Source: Hemiscyllium ocellatum
Lineage: Eukaryota
Assembly (NCBI RefSeq): GCF_020745735.1
Contig: NC_083412.1
Coordinates: 36,273,181-36,337,180, forward strand
Length of the DNA stretch: 64,000 bases
Direction of reading: 5' to 3'
The notes under the pieces were generated by a model, which worked only from the letters and a program-made list of their open reading frames with translations, ran no database searches and had not been told where the DNA came from. Each line of letters opens with the position of its first letter. Position 1 is the stretch's first letter. Below, in pieces: positions 49,851 through 61,844 of the stretch. The position numbers and the translations under genes are program-made.

Positions 49851-52800
49851 GAATTGAATTTATTGTCATATATACAGAGGCACACTGAAAAGCCTTGTCT
49901 TGCGAGCAATACAGGCAGATCACAGAGTTAAGTAGCATAGATAGTAAATAATAAGTAAACAGCGGCAAAAACAAAAACACAGGTACAGGCAAATGCTAAG
50001 AGTTTATGAGTCCATTCAGTATTCTAACAACAGTAGGGTAGAAACTGTTTTGAAACCAGCTGGTGCGTGTGTTCAGGCTTCTGTACCTTTACCCTGATGG
50101 TAGAGTTGCAGAAAAACATTGCCAGGGTGGGATGGATCTTTGAGAATGCTGGCAGCCTTTCCTTGACAGCAGGCCTGATAGATGGATTCTATAAATGGGA
50201 GGTTAGCCTTTATGATTGTCCAGACTGAGTTCACCACTCTCTGTAACCATCTCTGACCTTGAATGGTACAGTTGCCATACCAGGTAGTGATATATTCAGA
50301 CACAATGCTCTCAATGGCGGCACCTATAAAAGTTGGCAAGGGTATTTGCCGCCATGCCACATTTCCTCAGCTGCCTGAGGAAGAAGAGACGTTGTTGGAC
50401 CTTTATAACCTACGTGTCCACACGAAGAATCTAAGAAAGCTTGTTGTGGATGACCATTCCTAGGAACAATACGCTAAAACTTGCCTGGAAATGGGAAATG
50501 AATGCTGTCCGACAGAGCGCCACCCGTGAACAGCTGTACTTCCTGCATGAATGCCTAAGAAAACAGATACCACCTCAATGTCTTCGATACTAACCTCCCC
50601 TTAACACCCCACTAGCCAAAAGGATAGCAGAGCAAAATGGCTGCAGAATGCTCAGAGAAATTATTAATGATGCCCACAATAGACTCTGTAAATACAACCG
50701 GGAAATTTTGCACCAAACATCTTTACTCACTCATGCAACAGACCATGAATGGACAGATGCAATACAACAAGCCAGACCGCAATAAATACAGAAAATGAAA
50801 AACCTAGACCTGCATTAAAAAAAAGACAAACTTACACAACGTAACAACACTGACAACACAGAAGCATTGATAAAAAAAAACTTATCTGACAGACCCTTAA
50901 CAGACACTGAAAAAGCCGCCTTAGTAAGAGCATTAATTTACAACTTCCAGGATGTGGACAAGAAAGATTTCTTCGCAGCATTAGAAACAACACTGAAAGA
51001 TAACCAACTCACAGAAGAAACCCAGCAAACCATCAGACAGACAGACGCACCAACATTAAGTAGGGAAAAGGAAGGAAACACACTCAATACACAAGAAGGG
51101 AAAGCACTAAAAAGATAAAATAAAAACATAGTTATCCTACCTGCGGACAAAAGATGCTTAACATTCATTTTAAATCAAAGAGACTACTATGAAAAAGCAA
51201 ACCCACTTCTTGCAGATACCAACAAGTGACGATAGACCCGACCTTTCAATTAGAGAACCAAATCACAGCCTTATTCAAAAAACTTAAGAAATCTGGAGAA
51301 ATAAATAAGACCAACTTCCAAAAAATGAAACCAGATGGATCCAACATGCTTTTGCGGATTACCCAAAATTTACAAACGAGGAGCCCCCCCCCGCCCTCAG
51401 ACCCATAGTCTTGCTACCTGGAACATCAACTTACAGATTGACCAAGGAGCTACAGCAAAGACTAAAACACTTATTAGAAGACTCACGCCACTCCATCCAC
51501 TCCACCCAAGAATTCCTGAAAACCATTAAAGACACCAAGATAGAAGAGGATGAAATAATGGTCTCCTTTGGTGTAACAGCCCTGTTTACATCAATCAACA
51601 TTAAGCTGGTCAAGGAAACACTGACTACAGTATTAGAAGACTCAAAGACACATACACCAAACACCACCAACTTCATCAGCAAGGACAGTATCGTCAAGCT
51701 AGTGGACCTATGCCGTATCACCCACTTCACCTTCAACAACAAAATCTACAGACAAACCAACAGAACACACATGGGATCTCCGATATCAGGGTTCTTAGTA
51801 GATACAGTAATGCAGAGACCTGAACAAACAGCTCTGCCAACCATCCAATGCAAACTCTGGATCTGCTATGTGGATGACACCTTTGTCATCACTAAATGAA
51901 ACAAGCTAGAGGAAACCTTCAAGACCACCAAGAATACCCTTACTGGCAAAAAATTCACTAAAGAGGATGAAAATAACAACAAACTGCCATTCCTAGATGT
52001 CACAGTAGAGCAAACAGCTGATGGGGAACTTCAAACCAGTGTCTACAGAAAAACAACACATACAGACCAAATATTGAACTACAGAAGCAATCATCCCAAC
52101 ATTCACAAACGAAGCTGCATCAAAACATTATTTCAACAAGCCAACACACACTGCAGCACAGAGGAACTTCGAAGAGCAGAGGAAAATTACCTCTACAGCG
52201 TATTCAAAAGGAATGGGTACCCAGTGAACACAGTCTGCCAATTTCTCATCAATAAACCCAAACAAGCAGACAAAACACATTAAGAAACCCTAGCCACTCT
52301 GCCCTACATCAAAGATATCTTGGAAATGACTGCCAGACTACTCAGACCCCTGGGCATCATGGTAGCCCACAAACCCACCAACACAGTAAAGCAGCAGCTA
52401 ATGAACTTGAAAGACTCTATACAGACAACAAGCAAAACTAATGTCATTTACAAAATACTGTGCAAGAACTGTAACAAACACTATACTGGACAAACAGGCA
52501 GAAAACTAACCACCAGGATACATGAACATCAACTAGCCACAAAACTACATAACTCTCTCTCACTAGTATCCTTTCATACAGAAAAGGAAGGACACCACTT
52601 TGACTAAGGCAACACATCCATCCTCGGACAAGCCAAACAGAGACACACGAGAATTCCTAGAAGCATGGCATTCCAACGGAAACACTATCAACAAATACAT
52701 TGACTTGGACCCCATCTACCACCCCCTGAGAAAAAGAACAGGAAATGTCATCACCATAGCAAATGACATCACCAATCCAAGGAAACCCAAACATAGAAAG

Positions 52801-54145
52801 CAGGAAACACCAGCAGTCCTTCGTCTGGAGGCTCACTGAAGATATAACCTGGTATTGTGATGAAACGTCAGTGAGCAAGCCTATATCCACTTTCTATACT
52901 CATTCCACCTCTGTGCTATTAATGTGTTGGGGCATAAATAACATCCTGCCAAAAATCAATAGTGAGTTCCTTGGTTTTGCCGGCATTGAGAGCTAGGTTG
53001 TTCTCAGTGCACCATTTTTCTAGGTCTTCCATCTCCTATCTGGAGTCTGTTTCGTCGTCATCGAGATTCGATGGTGGTGTCATTAGCAAACTTGTAAATG
53101 GCATTAGTCTGGTATTTGGTGATGCATTCATGGGTATACAGTGGGTACAGTAGGAGGCTGAGTACACACTCCTGGGGGCTCCAATGTTGAGTGTTAGTGA
53201 GGATAAAATATTGTCCCCAGTCTTTACTGATTGTGGCTTATGTGTCAGGAAACTGAGAGTGGGGCTTAATCCAAGATCACTAAGTTTAGTAATCAATCTT
53301 GAGGGGATAATAGTGTTGAAGGCTAAACTGTAGTCAATGAGTAGGACTGTTCTTGGTGTCAAGATGTTTTAGGGAGGAGTGAAAGGCAAGTGATATGGCA
53401 TCTGACGTGGATCCTTTGGTCTGATACGCAAATTGGAGTGGGTCAAGAGTAGTGGGGAGGCTGGAGTTGATTAATGCCATGACCAGCCTTTCAAAGCACT
53501 TCATGACCACTGAAGTTAGAGCCACTGGGCGGTAGTCATTGAGACATGCTGCATGAGCCTTCTTAGGCACAGGGATGATGCGGCCCTCTTGAAACAGGCA
53601 GACACGTTGGCCTACTGCAGGGAGAGGTTGAAGATGTCCAAGAAGACCTCTGCCGGTTGATCTGCGCTTGCTCTGAGTGCACGGCCTGCTACTCTGTCTG
53701 GTCCCATTGCTTTCCTTGGATTCACATGAAGTAAAACTGATCTGACCTCTGATGCAGTAACTGTTGGGATAGGTTTGTCAGGACTTGTCGGAATTGGTGT
53801 TACCTCTCCGCCAAACCTCTGCTCAAAGTGAGCATAAAACGCTTTGAGATGATTTGGGAGGGATGTGTCATCATCTGCTGTCTTTCACTGTCTCTTTTCA
53901 GAACCTGTGATGTCATTCAGTCCTAGCCATAGTCGCTGGGTGTCTGTCTGGGTCTCTAGTTTGGATCAGTATTCATCCTTGGTTGTCTTAATGGCTCTGT
54001 GAAAGTTATATTTGGATTCCTTATATTTGAGTAGGTCTCCTGATCTGAAGGCCTCACGCCTGGTTTTTAGCAGGTTGTGCATGTCCTGATTAATCCAGGG
54101 TTTCCTGTTGGGGAACATCCAGATTTACTTCCTTGGTATACAGTC
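49851..54145 (-). mobile_element. Rex1/Babar-type LINE, split by a PLE
   Basis: [23 protein letters not shown]; DYSLAFNTIIP; IESIVSEYITTWYGNC; (ATTCA)n tail at 49851. Confidence 0.82.
50465..52889 (+). mobile_element. Near-full-length Poseidon-type Penelope element (RT + GIY-YIG, disrupted)
   Basis: NLSDRPLTD; ILPADK; GLPKI; SFGVTALFT; MGSPISG; YVDDTF; LPFLDV; VYRKTTHT..SNHP; YKILCKNCNKHYTGQTGR; pLTR HHR core CTGAAGA..GAAACGTC at 52836-52869. Confidence 0.92.
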
Positions 54146-55030
54146 CTTCACACCAAGTCCCTTAGAGAGTCCCCTATTGCAATCAATTGCTTTGAACCTG
54201 ATGGGCCTGCTTGTTACATTGGAGCATTTCTTGGTACCAGAAACGTGGCTGTTTGTGCTATGTTCCCCTTAGAGTCCACTACCCCCACATTTTCCAAAAC
54301 ATCATACTTTTTGAGATGGGGATAGCCACAGGGGACTCCTGCCCTACCTGCCTCCCTCACCTACCTTTCCTGGAGGTAACCCATCTACCTGACTGTATCT
54401 GCAGCTTTTCTCCACTCCCTTCCAATGATAGCTGTACATCACACCCACTAGGTCCTTAAATTCCTATTGCCTCAACTGCCGCTCCAACAGATCCATGTGG
54501 TCTAATAGGATTCACAATCTAACACATTGCAGACGTAATCATCAGTAACATAGAAACTCTCCCTAATCTCTGACATTGGACAGGAAGAGCGCGTCACTCT
54601 ACCCAAGGCCATCTTTGCTCTTTAACATTCTACACACCCAGAAAATAGAACTTACTGCTCTAAAAAAAAAGACTATGTTCCAGTTATACTTTTAAAATTT
54701 AATCAAGAGACAGATCTCAATAAAACATGTAATCAAAAAAGAACTCAGGTTACTCACTATTGTCGATTTACAGCGAGGTTACACCTAAAAACTATGCACA
54801 TATCTTCTGCCGTGCTCTGAGCTTTCACACACAGGTTCCTCCAAGATCAGCTGTGATTTTGCTGTTTGTTAATTTTTTCTCGATACACTCCGATGTCCAG
54901 AGATACTTGAAGTCAAACAGCAAAGACAGTAACTGTGCAGATTCCCATCTGTGTCAGACAGCAATGTTGGTTTCTTTCTCTGACCATGTGCTCGTTGCCT
55001 TTGTGTGTCTTCCTCCTTTTTAAAGTGCCA
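54146..55030 (-). mobile_element. CR1 ORF1/5'UTR, probable 5' part of the 47094 element
   Basis: Minus strand RWVTSRKGR..RQVGQESPVAIPI..YDVLENVG, homologous to ORF1 at ~3980-4090. Confidence 0.72.
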
Positions 55031-56649
55031 TTGTTTTGATCTTTGGTGTGAGTACAATTTGAGTGTAACTGCACAATTAAGATCATGGGAAAATTTTCTG
55101 TTTATGATACCTGCCTTTTATTTCAACATTTTATTTACTGTCAGTTTTAAAATGGCAAGGATATAAAATCATGATAGGTGAAGGATATACTCATTTTTCC
55201 AGAATAATACAGAGTGATCCCTAAAACACCAGTGAAAATCTAGACTATCTGGAACAAACACAGATGTTTGATTTGCTATGTCAGCATAAACCACTGGTTC
55301 TAATATTATGCTGTCTGTAGTGTTATGCCCTAATTGTTTTAAAACAACCTTTCCCCTATTTAGCATTTCTTACAGTTAGGTTTGCATTACTAAACATTCA
55401 GAGTTCATTGAAACCATAAGCCTTTGGTTGTTTTGATTTATATATTTACTGTTCAGTGTTTTATTTTCTAATATTTTACTTTAAGTTCCAGTAAAATGTG
55501 CTGTTACAATGCTTGTGGAAAATGTGTGAAATATAAGGTTGAACATTTATAATGTTTGCCCTGCCTCGATTATGCCTGAAAATTGTGATGCCACATTTAG
55601 AATTAATAAGGGAACTTCTCATGTGCAATGTCATAGGAGTGGCCAACTTTCCTAAACATGGGTCCAAAAGTTTGATAATGGCACTCCTTTATTCAGATGC
55701 AAAATATGTGTTTCGGTATTCAATATGGGTGCTTGCTCATTTCATTTGTAAGTATAGCACCTGCGATATTGTTAACAGAAGAAAGTGGCTCATGCCTGAG
55801 GCTGACATATGAATAGGGGCCTTAATGCCTGTTTGAGAGCTATATTTTACGTTTTAAGTTGAATAGCTTTTAAGTGGCTGCTGCAAGCCGCCACCAAATA
55901 CATGAGTTTAAGAACTTGAATGTTAATCAGTGAAGTGCAAAATTCCTTCACATGACTCCAGTGTGATTTTAATCAGTTCCTCCCTCCCAATCACTTTCCC
56001 CACCACTAAAATTCTCCTCTCCTTCCCAGTCACTTCGCCATCCTTTCCCACGCAGTTCCATCTCACACAATTCTTCACCTGACATCAATGCTTTACGCTC
56101 CCTCTTGATCACTTCCTCCAATAAGCTACCTGAGCGTTATTTTTGGCAAACTTTACAGCAGTTGTTTTTTTTAAAAAAGTCACAATTCCTGTCTCAGGGA
56201 TCAGCATCTGAAGCTTTATGCTTTACCTTGATTCTTTGAATTTTATGGCTAGATTATCTTAACAGCAACTGCTATCTCTCACCCCAATGCAGTATTTCAT
56301 TGAAATTGATTTTGATCTCACAAAGACAAGTAATCTGCTATTTGTTGGAACATTGAATAACTTTGTTGAAGTGAGTGGAGAATATGTCCAGTAAGCATGT
56401 CTATGCATTTTCAATATCATTGGATGTCCCAAAACACTTTCCAACCAGTTACATGCTTTTAAACTCAGATTAGCATTATATTTATTGTTCGTTCATGTTC
56501 TGTTCAGCTGTAATTTAACTTGTGTATGTAATAATTTATTCTGAAATGTTAAATAACTTATGAGTGATGTCTTAAAGGGGAATTATCATTTCTTGTCTGT
56601 ATTATAATTTACTGTTGCAAAATTTAATGAAAAAATGATTTGGTTTCAG

Positions 56650-56856
56650 TGACTGTATACTCCAAGCTAAAGTTCCAGAAGCAGAAACCGAAGAGGGGAA
56701 TTGGATTAAGCCTTTTACTTGTCAGTTTCCTGAAGGCTCAACTTTGCCGTTTAGGAGTGAAACCATCAGGAGCATAACATGCTGCATTATCTTCTGTTCA
56801 TTCTGTCCAATTTCAGTATCAACAAATGTTACGTTAATTGATCAAGACAGGAACAG
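56650..56856 (+). CDS. cfap47: CFAP47 exon 13
   Basis: tttcag| ... ag|gtaaaa; SDCILQAKVPEAETEEGNWIKPFTCQFPEGSTLPFRSETIRSITCCIIFCSFCPISVSTNVTLIDQDRN. Confidence 0.9.
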
Positions 56857-57090
56857 GTAAAAAAATATCAGTACACAGAAGTGCATGCATATTATAGAGC
56901 TGTTGGATTTTAATGCATATAAATAAATTGACAAAAAGAAATATGTACCAGCAACTGAAATAGTAGTTAACCACATCCTTTACTTGACAAAATACCAATT
57001 TCTAGAGAGCCAATTTAGTTGACTGTGTTAAGTTATTATCCATTGATCATTTTTATGGACTCTGCAGTGTTCAGTGATGGTAATAAAAGT

Positions 57091-57120
57091 TGAATAGACT
57101 TCTTCGAAGAAGTCTATTCA
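57091..57120. repeat. Perfect 30-bp palindrome
   Basis: tgaatagacttcttc|gaagaagtctattca, no spacer, no mismatch. Confidence 0.97.
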
Positions 57121-57341
57121 TATGCAAACAGATCCAATGTCAACACTGGGATAATAAACCTTCATTTGGTAATGTATGATTTTTTGAATAGATGCATCCA
57201 GGATTTGGCCAAACTGCATTCTTTCATTGCTGGCACCTAAAGCTGCTGTCCTTTAGAATTCCCCTAGATCTGTGCTGATCTGGACTGGATATGCTTTACT
57301 TCTTTGCAAATACTCTGAAGAATAAATAATTTGAATGTCCC

Positions 57342-57675
57342 TGTAATGATTAGAACTAGATTGATCTTGTTGACTATGAGATCCTTGCTTGGATTTACCT
57401 GGGCCATTCAGGAAGCCCAGGCTGACCACTATAAACAAGGGATTTAGAATCTCCTCAGTTCAGGACACTGACTCTGAGCTGACTAGGCAAAAGGATTCCT
57501 GATGAAAGGTTTTTGCCCGAAACGTCGATTTTCCAGCTCCTTCGATGCTGCTTGATCTGCTGTCCTTTTCCAGCACCACTCTGATCTAAACTCTGAGTTG
57601 ACTGGCCATTGCCAGTGTCCTGTGTACAAGTAAATAAAGGATGACTTTGTGACAGGATACTGTCTCTGTGCACAA
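57342..57675 (+). mobile_element. Short solo LTR carrying a pLTR-only PLE insertion (~57490-57590) with HHR at 57499-57526
   Basis: Related to 18689 LTR; CTGATGA-a-aggt-tttt-gccc-GAAA-CGTC; duplicated actctgag(c/t)tgact. Confidence 0.7.
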
Positions 57676-57877
57676 AACGTAAATGTGATGATCTCTATTC
57701 CGGATATCAAACTCTGTTTATGGCTTTACAAAGGAAAGCTGAAGTACTTTCTGAATTAAAAACAATGGGCTGTTCATCCTGTAGGGATTTAGCAGAGCAC
57801 AGAATAGCTTGAATGTAATGGTTGTAATGCTATCCTGAAGTCACCAAACTCTTTCTTTAGAACTAATTTGGGGCTAA

Positions 57878-57964
57878 TTTAAAAATCACACAACACCAGG
57901 TTATAGTCCAACAGGTTTATTTGTAAGTACTAGCTTTTGGAGCACTATTCCTTCATCAGGGATT
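57878..57964 (-). mobile_element. 30806-family repeat with HHR (GAAA>AAAA)
   Basis: Minus strand CTGATGA-aggaatagtgctcc-AAAA-gcta..aataaacctgttggactataacctgg. Confidence 0.8.
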
Positions 57965-58296
57965 AGTTTGACCATGACTGTCAAAGAAGGGGAGGAACTA
58001 ATTTACAGTAGATAGGATTGCAAGGACAGGCTTGGGATAAAACCTCCAATTGTTCAGGCAGACAATAGCTAATTCCAAATCCCTCATCTTTATTAGCTAG
58101 CTTTGCTACATATTCCTTGGTACATTTACCTAATGAATATCTTTTGATCCTAGTCATGAAAATTTGGACTGATACAGTATCGAAATAATTAGACTGTTAC
58201 TACACTTTGTATGTAAAGTGCTTTACTCAGATTGGATTATTAAATTTGATTTATTGTGCAATGTTTTTGACAAACTATACTATTGTCCTGATGCAG

Positions 58297-58397
58297 GTTC
58301 ACCTTACCTGTCTCGGCATCTGCAGATAATTGCCTGTTATCTATATATAGATATATTGCCCTCCACAGTACAGACCAACATATTGTTCTCAAAACTG
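58297..58397 (+). CDS. cfap47: CFAP47 exon 14
   Basis: atgcag| ... g|gtaagt; RFTLPVSASADNCLLSIYRYIALHSTDQHIVLKT (human FSLPVTATAENCILTIYPYMAIH). Confidence 0.93.
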
Positions 58398-58578
58398 GTA
58401 AGTGGTCATAAAATTATTTTTTTATCAAACTAAATTAATATTAACCCTACTAATTTCCACAGGTGCTAACTGACTTGTTGAATACTTCCAGTATTTTCTC
58501 TTTTTGTAACCATAGTGCTGCTGGTCTATCTCAATAGACAATTGGAAGGTAGTTTGGGTAACATATAGGTAGAGGTAG

Positions 58579-58862
58579 CTGAAAATGTGTTGCTGGTTAA
58601 AGCGCAGCAGGTCAGGCAGCATCCAAGGAACAGGAAATTCGACGTTTCGGGCATAAGCCCTTCATCCGGGAGGAAGAGAGCTTCTTCAAGGAAGGCATCC
58701 TTGCAAGAGGATTCGCAGTAGGTTAAAATCTTCGAGTAAAAAGTGAGGTCTGCAGATGCTGGAAATCAGAGCTGAAAATGTGTTGCTGGTTAAAGTGCAG
58801 CAGGTCAGGCAGCATCCAAGGAACAGGAAATTCGACGTTTCGGGCATAAGCCCTTCATCCGG
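58579..58862 (-). mobile_element. Tandem pLTR insertion (193-nt period, ~1.5 units, two HHR motifs)
   Basis: 12-bp TSD aggtagaggtag (58567-58578, 58863-58874); repeat starts at 58578 and 58771. Confidence 0.88.
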
Positions 58863-59739
58863 AGGTAGAGGTAGGTCATTCATCCCATTATTCCAACTCT
58901 GCCATTCAACGTGATCATACCCGATCCTTTATCTCAATACCATATCCCCATTCTGTCCCCTTATCCCTAAACAAATATAGTTTCTAGAAATCTAGAAATC
59001 TGGAAATGCATTCCGTGACTTCACCTCCGCAGCCTTTTGTGGAAGAGATTCCAGGAGTTCACCACCTATTAATTAACCCCTTATCATTGCACAAAACTAA
59101 ATTTAGCTTTAGTCTGCCCTTGAGTTGGTTCCTCAATGTATTGGTCTAAAAATCCATAATGTAAGCCACATACTAATGCAAATGTGGTTTGACCAGATTA
59201 TAGTTCAAAAGTATTAAACAAATGCCAGAGACCTGACCTTACCTTTCTTTACCTTACCTCACCTCTTGTTTCAGAGTGCCCACTATGCCTGCTGTTCTGA
59301 GTGATGCTGACTCCCTGTCTTAGGATCCTCAACACCCTGCTTCTCTCCAGGTCCAGCTTTACTTCCCCTATTAGAGTTTTCATTGTGAGGTGATGAGGTA
59401 ACTAGAAACACATTAGCCTTCATTTCCTTTGTTCAGAGCTGTCTGGGCTGGAAACAGTCAGCTGATCTCCAATCCCTGTGTGTCAGATTTAGCTGGAATA
59501 TATCTACACAGTGCAGAAGCTTTCAGAAATATGATCATGTGATCAACCTCAGCCATTTTTGAGTCCAGCAATGTTAGCCATTTTAAAAAGAAATAGATTT
59601 AAACCCAAATATGTGAAACTCAAATGTGGAGGTTTAATTTGAGATTACTGTTCATGGCCTCTGATAGATCTCCAAGTAAAAGCACTTCTAAGTAGCAAAA
59701 ATAACAATATTACTGAATTTGCATTCATTTGAAATGGAA

Positions 59740-60400
59740 TGTGACAAAGGCAATATTTTAAATTTAAATAAGGATAACTGTATGGGCATGAAAGCGGAAC
59801 TAGCTGATGCTAATTGGGATATCAAGCTAAAAGATCAATAGAGAAACAGTGGCAGATATTAAAGGGACTATATTATAATACTTAAAATAGTACATTCCAA
59901 CTGTAAAGAATAATTCCAAGAGAGGACCCACCATCTGTAGTTAATTAAAGAGTCATTGAAAATTTAAGGAAAAAAGCAATAGTCGCAAAAATGAGCAGCA
60001 GATAAAAGAGTTGGTCAGAATATATAGAACTGCAGCAAATGTCAACAAACAGGAGGAAGATATTATAGTATGGGAACAAGCTAGGTGGAAACATAAAAAC
60101 AGTAAGAGTTTCCACAAATATCTAAAAAGGAACAAAGTAAGTAAAGTGAATATTGGTCCTCCAGGAAGTGAGTGTGGAGCCTGAAGAGGAAATAAGGAAA
60201 TGATAGGCAAAATGAGTGAATATTTTGGTTCTGTCTTCAAAGAGGTGGCTTATGATGTATGTTAATTGATGTTAACTTTCCAAAATTTGTTAGAATCTGG
60301 AAAGGTTCAATCAGACTGGAAGTGGCAAATATAACCCCTCTATTTAGGAAGAGAATGAGGCAGGAAACAATAAAGTACAGCCCAGCCACCTTGATGACTG
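59740..60400 (+). mobile_element. Old CR1 ORF2 fragment
   Basis: EYFGSVF; DWKWQ/ANITPLFRK motifs. Confidence 0.65.
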
Positions 60401-61059
60401 TCTTGAGTCTTTTTTTGATTAGTAGGGTGAGCTGAGGTCTCAGATGGCAATGTCTACTGACACCAGAACTGCAGGGCACTTCCTCAGAAACACGCACAGC
60501 TCCAGACCCACTATGTCATAGCATTGTGCACAAGCTCCAACACCCAGTATGTACACAGAACAGTGTGACATTGAAATGGGAATCGGATAGGGCTGGCGGG
60601 GGAGGGAGAATGAATGGTTGGACAGGGAGATGTAATGGAGGTTTTTCTCACCATCCTATCCACAAGCTTGATTTCTTCCCCCTCACCACAGTCCTGACCT
60701 CTTCTCCCACCACCACTGCCCTTTATTATGAGTGGAATTGAATATGAAAGTTACAAGATAATGCTTCATTGACACAGAGCATTGAAAGACCACATTTTGA
60801 ATACTGTGTACACTTTTGATTTCCTTACATGTGCAAGGATATAATATGTCAGAAGCAGTTCTAATGAGGTTTTCTGGATTGATGCTTGGAATAAACACTT
60901 TGTCTTATGCGGAAAGATTGAACTGCCAGAGATGGAAATCTGGCCTGCATTTAATTACAGACCGTTAGCAATGTGATTGATTCTTTACTATCCTTTGAAA
61001 TGACCTATCAAATCGTTACAGAAAATGGTCACTTGATAATGCAAGACTTCTGTGTTGGT

Positions 61060-61530
61060 AAAAAATAATTGCTAGGTGAAGCTTTTTGTCTTGCACTCAA
61101 GAGGACAAACACAAGATTAGCTGAACTTCAAAGGGAGCAGCCACTTTTGCTGCATGTAATAAGATTTCTGATTCACTGGCAAGTTAACTTTGATTTGTTG
61201 AGGAATTGTTTTGGAAAATGTCTTCTTACTTATGTTTAACATAAAATATGTACTATACGTTGGTGTGTTTTATCTGCAGAGGATAAGTGCCTGTAATAAA
61301 TATATGTAATTTCAAGCAAGCATAAATGAGCACCACTTTATGAAGATGATGGCGGATTTTAATTTTGCTGTTAATGTAATTCTAAATGCACTCAGGGTTA
61401 TTTAGTAAGTGCTGTTCAGTTGCAGAATCACACATAACATTAGACATTATGTTCTGAGTTTTGTAAACATGGGCTAGTTGAGTACAATCATTTGAACAAA
61501 ATATTGGTGAACTGTTTACTTACAGAAAGT
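61060..61530 (-). mobile_element. PLE 3' fragment, same family as 17840-18310
   Basis: CDSATEQHLLNNPECI*NY; tail tgtc-ctcttga-gtgcaagac-aaaa-agcttcac. Confidence 0.65.
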
Positions 61531-61844
61531 AAAATAACATATTTGAACATGCTGATAGTAGATGTTTGTGACCAGTTGATCAGTTAATTTAATGGGAGTA
61601 AAACAGCAGCCATTATTTATTAATATCATGCTTATTTTCTTTTATTTTAAATGATTAACTCAGTAATCATTTTCTGTTACAACTTCATTATTCTGGACTA
61701 TTACGATGAGGTCTGTAGCCATGGATACAAATAAACTAATCCATGAAGCATAATGTTTTGCATGTTTCAATTTATTCTGCTATAATTCATGACTTAGAAG
61801 ATTTACATGTATGGCGGTTCATAAAAATAGAAACTCCATCATCT

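Noticed and set aside
52836-52889. Idea that the Poseidon element ends exactly at its HHR cleavage site (52869)
   Set aside because: The following cagtgagcaagcctatatcca resembles downstream pLTR sequence (compare 32320-32342), so a small internal deletion is more likely.
5512-58862. Recurrent palindromic repeats as a CRISPR array or bacterial REP elements
   Set aside because: Dispersed rather than regularly spaced, no spacers or cas genes, eukaryotic context; explained as PLE pLTRs.
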